This document shows, piece after piece, positions 36,940 to 49,924 of a stretch of 64,000 nucleotides of DNA. Numbering within the stretch: position 1 is the stretch's first letter; every line of letters begins with the position of its first letter. The translations under genes were made by a program, and so were the position numbers. The notes beneath the pieces were generated by a model that worked only from the letters and a program-made list of their open reading frames with translations, was not told where the DNA came from and searched no databases. Source of the stretch: Leucoraja erinacea (Eukaryota); contig NC_073409.1 in the NCBI RefSeq assembly GCF_028641065.1, positions 20,398,001 through 20,462,000 on the forward strand. Reading direction: 5' to 3'.

Positions 36940-36965
36940 GATCAGTGTGATCATCTTTCCTCAAC

Positions 36966-38576
36966 ATGGGTGGTCTTGGATGGAGAAGCAGATCAAATGT
37001 CACATTTGTTCTCGGTATCATCTTCGCCCTGTCTTGTCCAATTACCCAAGCAGCTAGAATATTGGTCGTGCCTGTTGATGGAAGTCATTGGATCAATATG
37101 AAAATTCTATTGGAAGAGCTGAACCTTCGTGGCCACAACATGACTATGCTTTGTTACTCCGCAAACTGGTACAAAGAGAGACCCGATCTGTATCAAACCA
37201 TCATAGTTCAAGCACAAAAAAACATTGAAGCACCTTCAAGGAAAGAAACGATGGAATTTGTTTTGGTAATGTCGCTGGACAGGTTACAGAATAGTCACAC
37301 ACTATGGGGCAACATAATGTTACAAATTTTAATGGTTACATTTACGTACAATGTACAGAGAATTTATCAAAATTTCAACATGGCGATTTTTGAAAACAAA
37401 ACCTTGTTGAATCAATTTGAAAATGCAAACTTTGACTTAATACTCACAGATCCTATATTTGGTACCGGGCCAATGCTTGCGTATTATTTAAAAGTGCCGC
37501 TGGTGTACAACGTTCGATGGCAGATGAATGGGGAAGCCCATTTTCTCACTGCCCCGTCACCACTTTCCTACGTCCCACTTCCTGGCTCACTTCTCACAGA
37601 CAAAATGGATTTTCTCCAAAGAACTGAAAATATAATTCACAGTGTAGTTCAACACTTGCTTTCAGAATTTTTGATATTCCCACTTTACAATGAAATCTGC
37701 CATCGGTATCTGGGACCAGACACAGACTTCAAGTCGATTCTCCTCAGAGCTGATGTGTGGCTGATGAGGGTGGATTTTGTGTTTGAATTCCCAAGACCCA
37801 CCATGCCAAACATCGTGTACATCGGAGGCTTCCAGTGTAAACCAGCACGGCCTCTGGCAGCAGAGTTTGAGGAGTTTGTCCAAAGCTCAGGTAAACATGG
37901 ACTTGTTGTAATGTCATTGGGGACCTTTGTCAACTCTTTACCAATGGAGATTACAATGAAAATAGCAGAAGCTTTATCTCAAATCCCCCAGAAGGTTATC
38001 TGGAGATATGATGGTGAGACCCCTCCCAATATAGGGAATAATACACTGCTGGCAAAATTGATCCCTCAGAACGACCTGCTGGGTCACCCCAACACACGAG
38101 CCTTTGTTTCACACGGAGGCGCCAATGGGATTTATGAAGCCATCTACCATGGGGTGCCAGTGATCGGCATGCCTCTGCTTTTTGACCAGTTTGACAATTT
38201 ACTCAAGCTCGAAGCCCGAGGAGCAGCAAAAGTGATCAATGTTGCAACCGTGCATTCTACAGATCTGTTGCAGGCACTGAACGAGGTGATAAACGACGCA
38301 TCTTATGGGGACAACATGAAGAGACTCTCCGCTCTCCATCGGGACCAGCCAGAGTCGCCAATGGAGAGAGCCGTTTTCTGGGTTGAGTACGTTGCCCGAC
38401 ACAAAGGAGCGGGGCATTTGCGCTCAGAATCTCACCGACTCCCCTGGTACGCTTACTATTGTGTAGATGTGATGATCTTTCTGTTGTCTGTGTTACTCCT
38501 GCTCACTGTGTTGGTGGTTGGAACACTGAAGAAACTTTGTTGTATTGCACTGAAGAAAAAGCAAAAGACGGAGTGA
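36966..38576 (+). CDS. ugt5: UDP-glucuronosyltransferase, UGT5-like, single coding exon (copy D, 536 aa)
   Basis: Intact ORF, closest paralog of copy C; carries W-to-L at the start of the UDPGT signature (LIPQNDLLGH). Confidence 0.93.
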   Translation: MGGLGWRSRSNVTFVLGIIFALSCPITQAARILVVPVDGSHWINMKILLEELNLRGHNMTMLCYSANWYKERPDLYQTIIVQAQKNIEAPSRKETMEFVLVMSLDRLQNSHTLWGNIMLQILMVTFTYNVQRIYQNFNMAIFENKTLLNQFENANFDLILTDPIFGTGPMLAYYLKVPLVYNVRWQMNGEAHFLTAPSPLSYVPLPGSLLTDKMDFLQRTENIIHSVVQHLLSEFLIFPLYNEICHRYLGPDTDFKSILLRADVWLMRVDFVFEFPRPTMPNIVYIGGFQCKPARPLAAEFEEFVQSSGKHGLVVMSLGTFVNSLPMEITMKIAEALSQIPQKVIWRYDGETPPNIGNNTLLAKLIPQNDLLGHPNTRAFVSHGGANGIYEAIYHGVPVIGMPLLFDQFDNLLKLEARGAAKVINVATVHSTDLLQALNEVINDASYGDNMKRLSALHRDQPESPMERAVFWVEYVARHKGAGHLRSESHRLPWYAYYCVDVMIFLLSVLLLLTVLVVGTLKKLCCIALKKKQKTE

Positions 38577-39122
38577 TTTATTTTTCCCTTGGTATATTTT
38601 GTTCTTTCAAATTAATCATATAAAGTTTTTCATGCCTTTGATCCACGGAGTCTCCTTTCCTCAAGACATTGATTCAACATATGCTAATAAAAGCCAGAAA
38701 GGTGAGTGAAATAATAACCTTTGTGCATTGATATGCAGATGAAAAGTGTAAACAGCTGAACCTCATTTTCCTGAAGGCTTAAATTTACTGACAGTTATTC
38801 ACAATGAAGTTTCCTTTGGTTATCTGGGCACAAACCTTTATGATTCACTGACAGAGTGGACCTTTACTGCACTATTCCCTCTTCCAATCAACCATGACAA
38901 CTCTCACTCTCAATCTGTCAGCATGTTTGCCTTCGTTCCAGTGCCCCATTATTGTCGTACAATATCATAGTGAGCCTCCTTTACACTTTAGAGATACAAT
39001 GTAGAAACAGACCCTTCGGCCCATTCAGTCTGCGCCGACCAGCGATCACTCCACACACTAGATAGACACAAAATGCTGGAGTAACTCAGCGGGTCAGGCA
39101 GCATCACTGGAGAAAAAGACAG

Positions 39123-41193
39123 TGCACGCTCTGTCGCACCTCTGAACAAAACTGAACTACCCACTGTCCAATCATTTGCAAATCCACTCACTGCCCCCCC
39201 CCCCCCCCCCCCTCAACTGCAACACCCCCTCCCCACTCACCACACGCACTGTTAACCGGGACAACCTCAGATCTCTCCAGCCTGCCCCCATCCCACCACC
39301 CTCTCACCATGCCAACTCTGCCCTCCTCAACAGCCGATCGCTCAACAATAAAGCCCCGGCCCTCCATGAACTAATCCTTGACAACACTCTGGACTTCCTT
39401 CTGCTCACTGAAACCTGGCAACAACCAAATGACTTCTTCTCTCTCAACCAAGCATCCCCCCTGGTTTTAACTACATCTCCAAACCCCTCCCCTCCCGCCG
39501 TGGAGGTGCCCTCGCCGTTATTTTCAATCAGACCTTCCGGATCACAGAACTCACCCTCCCCCCAGTATCATTATTTGAATTCCTCGCTTTCAAAACTCTT
39601 TCCTCCATTACAGTCATCCTCATTTACCTGCCACCTAAACCAAACCCCTCCTTCCTCTCCGATTTCACTGAACTCCTCACACTAGCCTCATCTCTCTCTC
39701 CACGTCTGCTGCTACTCGGTGACTTAAATATCCACATGGGTTCCTCCACCTGCAAGCTCTCATCTGAATTCACCATTTTACTGGACAACTTCACTCTCAC
39801 CCAACATGACACCTTCCCCACCCATGATAAAGGACACATCCTCGACCTGGTCTGCTCCACAAATCAACTGGTGCTCGACCTCCATCCATGCCTCTTTCCC
39901 CTCTCTGATCATAAACTCATACGGTTCACCATCCCTTCTCCCACCCCCCGCTCCCGCCTCCTCAGAGAAATCACCTTCCGTAATCTAAAATCCATCGATC
40001 CCCACCATCTCCCTGACCTGCTCCCCACCACTCTCCCCCTGGACTCAACCCCCATCTCACCTGATGATCTCACAAACCATCTCAACTTTACCTTGTCTAC
40101 CTCCCTCAACACTCTGGCCCCCCTCAAAACAAAAATCGTAACTTTTAACACCTCTTCACCCTGGTACACACCTGCACTCCGTAAGTTGAAACAGACTGGC
40201 TGCCAACTTGAACGACTCACAAAGAAATCATCTCTCACAGTCCACCATGAAGCTTACAAATTCCACTTCACTGCCTACAAAGACGCCCTCATTGCTGCCA
40301 AATCTACCTACCTCTCCACCATCTTCACCGACCCCTGACAAAACCCCAGAACCCTCTTCTCCACAGTGGGCAACCTCCTCAAGCCTCGGACCAACACTCT
40401 CCCTACCTCTACTCCGGATCTCTGCAACTCATTCCTCCACTTTTTCGCTGATAAAATTAACATAATTCATCAATCTTTATCCCCTGTATCTGACCCCCAG
40501 CATCTACTCCAGCACCTGCCAAGGCCCCTCTTCTCCCCATCTCTACTGACCTCCCGACCCCTCCTCCACACTGCCTCCTCTCCCAGTTTAACCCGGTCAC
40601 CCCTCCTGAAATCGCCAAACTCATCAGCTCTTCCAAACCCACTACCTGCTCCCTTGACCCCCTCCCCACTCCCCTAGTGAAGTCCTGCCTCCCCGTCCTC
40701 TGCCCCTACCACACTAACCTCTTCAACTCCTAACTGTCCCAAGGAACTGTCCCCTCCGCCTTCAAAACTGCTGCTGTCCCCCCAATTTTAAAGAAACCTG
40801 GTCTGGATCCCTCCTCTCTCAACAACTACCGCCCAATCTCAAACCTCCCCTTTCTTTCTAAAACCCTGGAGCGTATCGTCACATCACAACTTCAATCCCA
40901 TCTCCATGCCAATAACCTATTCGAACCCCTCCAATCTGGTTTTCGCCCCCTCCACCGCACAGAAACCGCTCTCCTCTAAGTCCTCAACGACCTCCTCACC
41001 TCTGCTGACACCGGTTGCCTTAACATCCTCATCCTCCTCAAACTCAACCGCGATAAAACATAATTCCTCCTCATAGGCTCCAAATCCATACTCAGCAAAA
41101 TCAATAATCCCACTCTCACCATCGACGGCACCATTGTCTCCCCATCTCCCCAGGCCCGCAACCTTGGCGTGATCTTTGATTCCACCCTCTCCC
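39123..41193 (+). mobile_element. L2 LINE, duplicated copy, left part (interrupted by L1)
   Basis: Matches ~25265-27729 with an internal deletion near 41040. Confidence 0.9.
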
Positions 41194-41555
41194 TTTTTTT
41201 TTTTTTTTTTTTTTGTTTATTTTATTAGAAGTTAATACAGCACAAAACAGTACAGTGGCACCTAATTTTAGGTCCCAACTATGTAATACCGTAATCCATT
41301 CTATGTACAACTTCTAGTTTTATGTTATAAGAAGGAAGTAAGCAGAACAAGAAAAAGAAAACAATAGAAAGGGGAAAAAGTGGAAAAATAGATGGTAGAG
41401 AGTAGAAAAACGTGAAGTGGGTATATAAAAAATAAAAAAAGGAAGAGAGAAAGTGGAAAGTAGAAATAGAAGAGAAGGCCCCTTAAAAGAGAATTTTTCA
41501 GATCTGTATTCTGAAATGTAGCTCTATCCGCGTCATGAACTGAAATCAGCAATCC

Positions 41556-44500
41556 TTACGGCACCGCTGCGTCACATGATTCCAAAAAGTCGATGAAAGG
41601 AGACCAACTCTTTAAGAATTGGTCATATTTATCTATTAGTCGGATTCTCATTTCTTCAAGGCGTGCTATGTCCATCATATTCCTAATCCACATTTTAACA
41701 GTTGGTGTGGTTGTATTTTTCCAAAATTTAAGTATCAATTTCTTTCCGATTATTAACCCATAATTAAAAAAAACATTTTGATCTTTATTTAAATTGGTAT
41801 CTTCTCCTATTATTCCAAATATAATCCATTCCGTTTTGGGTTCTATTCTTGACTTGAAAATCTTTGTAAATATATCAAATATATCACTCCAAAATTTATT
41901 CAACTTTGTACATCCAACAAATGAGTGTGTTATATTAGCGTTTTGAAACAAACATTTATCGCATCCGGGAGAGACGTTTGGATAAAATTTATTCAACCTC
42001 GTTTTTGAATAATATAGTCTATGTAATAATTTGAATTGAATTAAATTATGTCTTGCATTAATAGAACAGTTATGTGTATTCATCAAATACTTTTCCCATC
42101 TATCCTTCGAGATCTTTATCATTAGCTCTTGTTCCCAATCTTCCCTTAATGCTTCTGTTGAGGGTGATTCTCTATTTAATATATTATTATAAAAGTATGA
42201 TATTAATTTTTGTGAATCAGCCTTAATATTCATTGCTTCTTCTAAAGGATCTAAAAATATAGTTTGAAATCTATGTGTATATTTCTTCATAAAGTCACAT
42301 ACCTGTATATATTTAAAATATTGATTATCCTTCAATTTAAATTTTAATTTTAATTGTTGAAATGATAACAGTTTGCCCACTTCATACATGTCCCCTACTT
42401 TCCTAATCCCCAGTCTATCCCATTGTTGATATGTGTTGTCGATGAGAGAAGGTTTGAATGCGGGGTTGTTCAATAGTGGGGTTAGTACTGATAAATTATT
42501 TAATTTCAAGGATACTTTTATTTGTTTCCAAATTCTTATTATATTGTGAATAATTGGGTTCTTCTTATATATTATACTATTCAATTTTATCGGTGAGAGC
42601 AGGATCGTTCCTATATCGTGCGGATAGCACTCCTCTTTCTCCATTCTTATCCACTCCAACTGCTGAGTGGAACTATCCAGCCAGTATATTATGTTCTTAA
42701 TATGCACTGCCCAGTAGTAATATATAAAGTTAGGTAATGATAAACCCCCAACTTCTTTAGATTTGCACAAATGCTTTCGTTGAATTCTATGTGTTCTGTA
42801 GTCCCATATAAAATTAGTGATAGTGGAATCTAATTTTTTGAAAAAATATTTTGGAATATATATTGGGATCGCTTGAAACAAATATATTAATTGTGGTAAG
42901 AAAGTCATTTTTATAGCGTTAATTCTACCTATCAATGAGAGTGGAAGCGTTTTCCAAAATTTAATCGTATCATTCAGTTTATTTAATAGTGGTATAAAAT
43001 TGGCACTAAATAATGATTTGTGTCTTCTCGTAATTTGAATACCCAGGTACTTGAATTTTTCTGTTGCAATTTTGAAGGGGAATTTTAGTAAGTGTCTCGA
43101 ATCCTGTGGTTTTAAAGACATAATTTCGCTTTTATTCCAATTTATTCTATATCCTGAAAAAGAGCCGAATTCCTCAATTAGTGTTAATAAGGTGGGTATA
43201 CTCGTTTGTGTATTAGTAATATATAAAAGGATATCATCAGCGTATAATGAAATTTTATTCTTTGAGTCCTTGCTGTTATATCCGTGAATATTCGGGTGAT
43301 TTCTAATCCTTTCGGCCAGCGGTTCTATCATAAGGGCAAATAGCAATGGTGATAAGGCACACCCTTGCCTATTACCCCTTGATAAGTAAAATTTTGGAGA
43401 TAGCGTATTGTTAGTTAATATTCTTGCCGTAGGTCTATCATAAAGTAGTTTAATCCATCTAATAAAATTCTCTCCCATATTAAATTTTTGGAGTACCTTG
43501 TATAAATACTGCCATTCTACTTGATCAAATGCCTTCTCTGCATCCAACGTGACCACTGAGATATCTTCATTGTCCTTCTTATGAGAGTACATTATATTAA
43601 AAAGCCTTCTCAAATTATTAAATGATTGTCTTTTGGGTATAAATCCCGTTTGATCCGTATTTATTAAATTGTTAATATAATTATTTAGCCTTCTAGCTAG
43701 AATCTTTGCTAAAATTTTCTGATCCGTATTTAGAAGTGATATAGCTCTATAAGAACCAGGCTCATCTAAATCTTTATCTTTTTTTGGTATAAGCGTTATT
43801 GTTGCTTCTGCTAGGGTTTCTGGTAGTTTATTTTCAGTATAAGCCTGCGTGTATAAATTAAATAATCTTGGTACAATTGACTCCTGAAATCTTTTATAAA
43901 ATTCATTACTAAAGCCATCTGGTCCTGGGGTCTTCCCATTTTTCAATGAGTTTATTATTTGTTTTATTTCTTCACTAGTAATCCGTGCTCCTAATTGCTC
44001 TTGTTCTAAACTATCCAATTTTGGGAGCTTGCAATTATCTAAAACATTTGTAAATTTACTTACATCTGTCTTTATTTTGGATGTGTATAAATTATGATAA
44101 AATTGGGCAAACCTCTTATTAATATCCTTAGGCAATGTTAGAAACTCACCATTGTCCGATTTAATTTTTGTAATTGTTTTTTCCTTTTCTCGTTGCTTCA
44201 GTTGCCTCGCAAGCAGTTTATGTGGCTTATCCCCAAATTCGAAGTGTGCTTGTTTTGTAATTTGGAATAATCTTATTACTCTAGCCGATAATATTCTATT
44301 GACTTTATATTTCAGTAAAGTTATCTTATTATGTTTATTTATGGTTGGGTCAGTTGCATTGTCCAGTTCTAGTAATTTTATCTTCTGTTCTGTCCGCTGA
44401 AGTTCTCTTTTATTTTCCTTAATTTGAAAACTTTGGTAAGAGATTATGACACCGCGAATATATGCCTTGAAGGTTTCCCATAATAGCGGTGCAGAAATAC

Positions 44501-45366
44501 CCGGTGTGTCATTTATTTCGAAAAAAAGTTTTGTTTGTTCTTTTATATACTCATAACCCTGCGGGTTATTTAATATGTGTGCATTGAACCTCCAAAAAGG
44601 CTTTATACTCGGCATTCCCTCAATTTTAAGTATAAAAGTCAATGGTGAGTGATCAGAAATAATACTATTATGATATGATGGTTTATTCGTATACGGGATC
44701 AATTTTGTGTCCAGTAAGAAATAGTCAATTCGCGAATAAGTTTTGTGAACTGATGAATAAAATGAGTATTCCCTACCACTTGGATTTGCTATTCTCCAAA
44801 CATCAGCTATGTTATTATTTTTTTATATAAGTATTTAAAAATTCACAGGTCTTGGTTTTAACAAGACGCTTCCCTAGCTTTATTGATTTATCTAAATATG
44901 GATCTATAACACAATTGAAATCTCCCCCCATTATTATATTTTGAAAATTATGCTCTGCGATTAAATCTATTATTTTCCTAAAAAATTGTGGGTTATCAAA
45001 ATTAGGCGCGTAAATATTTATCATAGTTAATGGTGTATTGTAAATTTCTCCTGTGACTATAACATATCTTCCCTCTTTATCAGATATGGAATTCTTTAAT
45101 TTAAAAGGTATGCCCTTCCGAATTATAATGGCCGTGCCTCTTGCTTTAGAGGTGAATGAGGAGTAATAGGTTTGACCTATCCAATTTGCCCTTAATCTGA
45201 TCTGAGTTTGTTGTTTCAAATGTGTCTCTTGTAGGAACGCAATATCCATATTTAATGATTTTAATTGTGCCAGAATTTTACCTCTTTTAATTGGCTCATT
45301 CGCACCTCTGATGTTCCAACTACAGAAGGTGAGACCTCCGGTATTTATTCGACTATTATCTTGCAT
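41556..45366 (-). CDS. L1 ORF2 (APE endonuclease + RT + Cys-rich domain), one +1 frameshift in a T7 run at 44818-44824
   Basis: SWNIRG, FLQETH, NIYAPN, GGDFN, SRIDYF, SDH; KTPGPDG, DAEKAFD, RQGCALSP, LYADD; C-x2-C..H..C motif. Confidence 0.92.
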
Positions 45367-46294
45367 TGGCTATTATTACCAGACTGTATGCTTCATGTGA
45401 TGCAGCCAAGTACCTCAGAATCCCGAATCCAGAGTTGTCCTTCATAATTTCTACAGTAGTTCTACATCTCCTGGCATTATTAAACATAATTGAGGGGAAG
45501 GGAAAAACATAAAATAAAGTGTACATAAAAATGATTAAGTCATGCAACACATAATTGTGAATAAACAAAAAAAGTGAATGTAATTTATCAAAAAAGCGAT
45601 AAATTACAAAAAAGCCACCTAAGGTAGCTAGATTTGTTTTAAATTTGACCTCCGTCGATGAAATTATGCACTGGGCCCTATCCCCCTGTTAGAATTTGAC
45701 CCAACGTTAGTCGGTTCCCTCTAATTGTTACCAAAATTATCATATCAGGTCATCGCTGAACAGTTTAAAATAGAATAAAATAAAAGGGAAGGTAGAAGAT
45801 TTGGATTAAAATAAAAATAATTATGGGTTAAAATACCTCATCAAAAATTACACTTTTCATTTACCTGTATGTTAGTTAATTCATTATTAGTATTTAGTAA
45901 TTAAAATATATGTCTAACCTCCCCCACCCTTCCTGCTATATAGTTAATCGTGTTAGTATAGGACATTACGCCTTTAACGTTGGTTGAGTATATTGTGCGT
46001 AATTGGTTAATTAGTTAGTTAGTTATATGTGTAAATAATAGGTCATATAGTGTGAAACAGATGCCTCTTATCATGGCCATTTCAAAAGGCGACAATCTCA
46101 TAGTTCTCCGTGCTTCAGAGTTTGGTGACGTGCTTGCAACCTTGAGCTTTCATATGTGCTTTCAGTTCAGAAGATTAGTTCGGCCTGTGTTATTAAATAG
46201 CACATTCTCGGCAGATAAGACTGTCTGGTAACTGTCTGAAGCGTTCAAGTGTTGTAATTTGAACAGAAAAAACAGTTTCCAGACAAAATGTCAA

Positions 46295-47392
46295 TTAATC
46301 TGATCCTGGTTGAGTTTTGTTTAAAATCTCCTCGGCGTATTTGCAAGCAGCGTCCGGGTCGGTAAATGAGCGTTGCTTGCCCTTAAATGTAATTAGCATT
46401 TTTGCTGGATAGATCACGCCATAACGAACTTCAGAATGTCCATATAAAACACTGCTTGCCCTTTTAAACTCGCGTCTTTTTGCCAGAATTTCCCGAGGGT
46501 AATCCCTGTAGAATCTTACGATATTATCAGCGAATGTAAGATTTTCTCCATAGTTTATCTGCTTTAATAGAGTTTCCACAGTTGAAATATCTAGAAACTT
46601 TACAATAATTTGCCTTGGATTAGCATTATCGTGTTTTTGGAGGCGACCCACTCGATGAGCCAGATCTATCTTTGGTTTTTCAGGAAGTTTGAAAACATCT
46701 TTAAGTAGATTAGTAATAACATCACGCATTTGAAGGCCGTGTTCCGCACCCTCTTTAACTCCTATTAATCTCAGATTTTGTGTCCTAGACCTGGCCTCTA
46801 AATCTTGACATTTCTCATTCAGTTTATTCGTTAACTCCCAATTCGTATCGTGTTGTTTTTTCAGACCTGTTATCTCTTGGCTCATCTGTTCCATCTCACC
46901 CTCCATTTCTTCCATCAATTTTTCCATGTCTGTTAATTGCTTCAGCAGGATGTCATGTTTGTTGTTATAATCTCTCCGCATACTTTCCATTTCCTTCGCG
47001 GTGCTGGACTCCAAATCTTTAAACTGCTGATTCAGGGCTACATAAAGCTCTTTTACTTCGCCACAGCTATTATCAATTTTCTTAGAAAGATTGCCCTCCA
47101 TAGTGGAGAAGTTATTCTGAATTGTAGAATTCATTTTGGCAAGTTGCTTCTGAAGATCTTTACTAATGTCTTTAAGAATATTAGCTCTTACCGTTTCTTC
47201 CCAGCTTTTCATTTCTTTCTCCTTTGTATCACTTCTCGCAGCCATATCGCTTGTAGGTTGTTGAGGTTCCAGCTCCTCTTCCAAACTTTCAAACGTGAGT
47301 TCAGGGGTAGTTTCAAGCTCATCCAGAGCTTTTTGGAGCTGGAGACTGATTGTAGTTTTCTTGGGTCCTCTCTGACCTCTTCTCTTTCTCAT
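46295..47392 (-). CDS. L1 ORF1 (coiled coil + RRM + CTD), 365 aa from the first ATG
   Basis: DLEARSR.QNLRLIGVKEG, IDLAHRV, PRQIIVKF, FYRDYP, YPAKMLI. Confidence 0.9.
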   Translation of the reverse strand: MRKRRGQRGPKKTTISLQLQKALDELETTPELTFESLEEELEPQQPTSDMAARSDTKEKEMKSWEETVRANILKDISKDLQKQLAKMNSTIQNNFSTMEGNLSKKIDNSCGEVKELYVALNQQFKDLESSTAKEMESMRRDYNNKHDILLKQLTDMEKLMEEMEGEMEQMSQEITGLKKQHDTNWELTNKLNEKCQDLEARSRTQNLRLIGVKEGAEHGLQMRDVITNLLKDVFKLPEKPKIDLAHRVGRLQKHDNANPRQIIVKFLDISTVETLLKQINYGENLTFADNIVRFYRDYPREILAKRREFKRASSVLYGHSEVRYGVIYPAKMLITFKGKQRSFTDPDAACKYAEEILNKTQPGSD

Positions 47393-47694
47393 CCAGTTTT
47401 TACGATAAGATCGTTTTAAATCCCAAAACCACCAGTACCGTTTGATGGAGTCAGTACCCTTGACGTTCAGCAAACCTGATAAGAATTTTTAACTCGATCC
47501 TGGCATGGGAGTCGACTTTAAACGCGATTTGTCTGGAGGAGAGCTCAGTGCAGCTGCCTTCACTGCTTCATAGCAGCCACCGGAAGTTGCCAAGCCTAGC
47601 TTTCTGTTACCTCATTTAGCACAGTGCTAAAAACCTACCTCTTTGACCAATCGTTTGAAGGTCTATGATAAAACAGTAGCTTATTTCCAACAAT

Positions 47695-47905
47695 ACATGA
47701 AACTGCAGATGCTAGACTCTTGAACAAAATACAAAGTACTGGAGAAACTCAGCAGGTCAGGCAGCATCTGAGGAGGGTAGAAGCAAGGAACTGCAGATGC
47801 TGGTTTACAAAAGAAGACATAAAGTGCTGCAGTAATTCAGTGGGTCAGGCAGCATCTCTGGAGGACATGGATAGATGACATTTCGGGTCAGGAACCTTCT
47901 TCATT
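47695..47905. repeat. MER6/Penelope-end-like repeats
   Basis: GAACTGCAGATGCTGG..CTGGAG..ACTCAG..GGTCAGGCAGCATCT motifs in tandem. Confidence 0.55.
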
Positions 47906-49179
47906 TTTTTTTTACATTTGACTAAGCTCCACAAGGCAGCCGAGTCATTTTATTGTGTAATTAAAACACAATATAAATGCAAATTGTTGTTTGATTGCAT
48001 ACAAGCACAAATTAGTCAAGGGTCAAAATAGATTTGGAGAGATGCAAGTAACAATTTTCATGCTGAAAGCCCAGATCAGATCACACTTTGGGACTTCACA
48101 CCTGTGGGAGAATGGTCTCAAAGGGGCTTACAGATCGAAATTAAATCACAACAGCATCTGGGTTAAAAGAGTAAAATATGGGGGCAAACTGCACCTCTCA
48201 GGTTTATATTCAGTTGTTTGGACACTGTGGAATATAGATGCAAATGTAATCTAAATGTAAGAAAGGAAGATTTCAAACATAGCATATGACATTAGGACGC
48301 ATTTTGCACTCAATGAATTAAGAATATTTGAAGATAGTCATAACATGCTGGAGCAACTCAGCGAGACACACAGTATCACTGGAGAAAAAGAATAGGTGAC
48401 CTTTTGGGTCAAGACCTTTCGTCAGACTTTTTCAGTCCTGAAATGTCATCTATTCATTTTCTCCAGGGATTCTGCCTGACCCGCTGAGTTTCTCCAGTAC
48501 GTTGTATTTTGTTCAAGCACTTTTTTTATCTATCTTCGGTATAAACCAGCAACTGCAGTTCCTTCCTACTGAGCTCTTTCCACAGAAATTGCTTGGTCAA
48601 GAGTTAGTTGAAAGATGACATGATATTTTTTTCCATTGAGCAAACATATCGAGGCTGATGGGTCCAATGGGTAGATGATACCCTAACTGAGTGACACAAC
48701 AGGTTTGAGGAACGAAGTGACTCATGGATTGCAATCATTTAGTTAGTTAGTTTAGTTTAGAGTCAAGTGTACAATCAAAAGCTTTGGATGCGTGCTATCC
48801 AGTCAGCAGAAAGATAATAAATGATCACAATTGAGCTGCCCACAGTGTACTGGGAATAAGGTATTAATGTTCAGTGTAAGGTACAGTCAGCAAAGTCTAA
48901 TCAAGGATAGTCCAAGGGTCACCAAAGAGGCAGATAGTACAGCACTGTTCTCTGCTTGTGGTAGGATGATTCAGTTCCCTGCTAACAGCTGTGCTGTCTG
49001 CGTGACTGTGGGATTCATGTGTGAAAGAATTAGCCCTCCAGATGCTGAAAGTTATTAATATCTGATACATTCTTAAGGAATATTTAAACTTTATTAACTA
49101 ATCAACAATTATTACCAACAATTATAATTTTAAAATATATTTTTGTACCTATGAAGGCAATATAGATGGCCTGGGCATA

Positions 49180-49550
49180 CTGTAAATGTAGATGGGTCGG
49201 TGAGTAAGTTTGCTGATGACACTAAAATTGGAGGAGTTGTAAACTGTGAGGAAGGCTGTCAGAAGATACAGTGGGATATAGAACAACTGGAGAAATGGAC
49301 AGAGTAATTGCACATGGAATTTACCTGAGCAAGTGTGAGGTGTTGCACTTTGGGAGGTTGAATGTCAGGAGAGAATGTACAATGAATAGCAAGACCTTTA
49401 GCAGCATTGACATGCAGAGGAATTTCGGAGTCCAAGTTCATAGCAGCACAAGTGGATGGGGTGGTAAAGAAGGTATATGGTATGCTGTAATTGTGAGGGG
49501 CATTGAATGTAAGAGTCAGTAACTCATGATGCAGCTCTATAGGACTTTGA
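49180..49550 (+). mobile_element. Old CR1 RT fragment
   Basis: SKFADDTKIGG, KCEVLHFGR. Confidence 0.7.
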
Positions 49551-49924
49551 AGTTTGTAAAGGCTCCTATAAGTTCATCAGACATAATAAATGAAGTTGAT
49601 TGCATCTTATTTGATTTTATTCTGTAGAATTGTTGCAAATTTGGTTCAGTAATCACTTGGTATTTGTAAATGATACCCTTCTGTCTTGGCTGCCATCTGA
49701 CACACACACGATTGATTAACAATCACAATTTATTTTCCTGTGCCTATCAAAAAACAAATGCAATACTTTCACTGATCTGTGACTCAATTTTCATAAGATG
49801 TTTTGCAATATTGTGAATAATTTGGAAAGACGCATCAAATACAGGTATAACTTCCTTTTTATTAATTTGAAAGAACTTCAAAGACTCTATCCCAAGAACA
49901 AAATATACCAAGGGGAAAAAAATC

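Larger units (their letters stand above)
30950..41193 (+). repeat. Segmental duplication unit B, left part
   Basis: Colinear with 17008-27729 apart from a CR1 insertion, a ~1.3 kb deletion (equivalent to ~23998-25265) and an L2-internal deletion. Confidence 0.85.
41194..47587 (-). mobile_element. Full-length L1-clade LINE (~6.4 kb)
   Basis: 5' end ACTTCCGGTGGC, ORF1, long spacer, ORF2, 3' UTR with AATAAA and a ~21-nt poly(A) at 41194-41214. Confidence 0.95.

Noticed and set aside
46937-47419. 160-aa antisense ORF in L1 ORF1, identical in both copies (ORF0-like?)
   Set aside because: TTG start, low-complexity mirror of the coiled-coil codons; identity simply follows from DNA identity.
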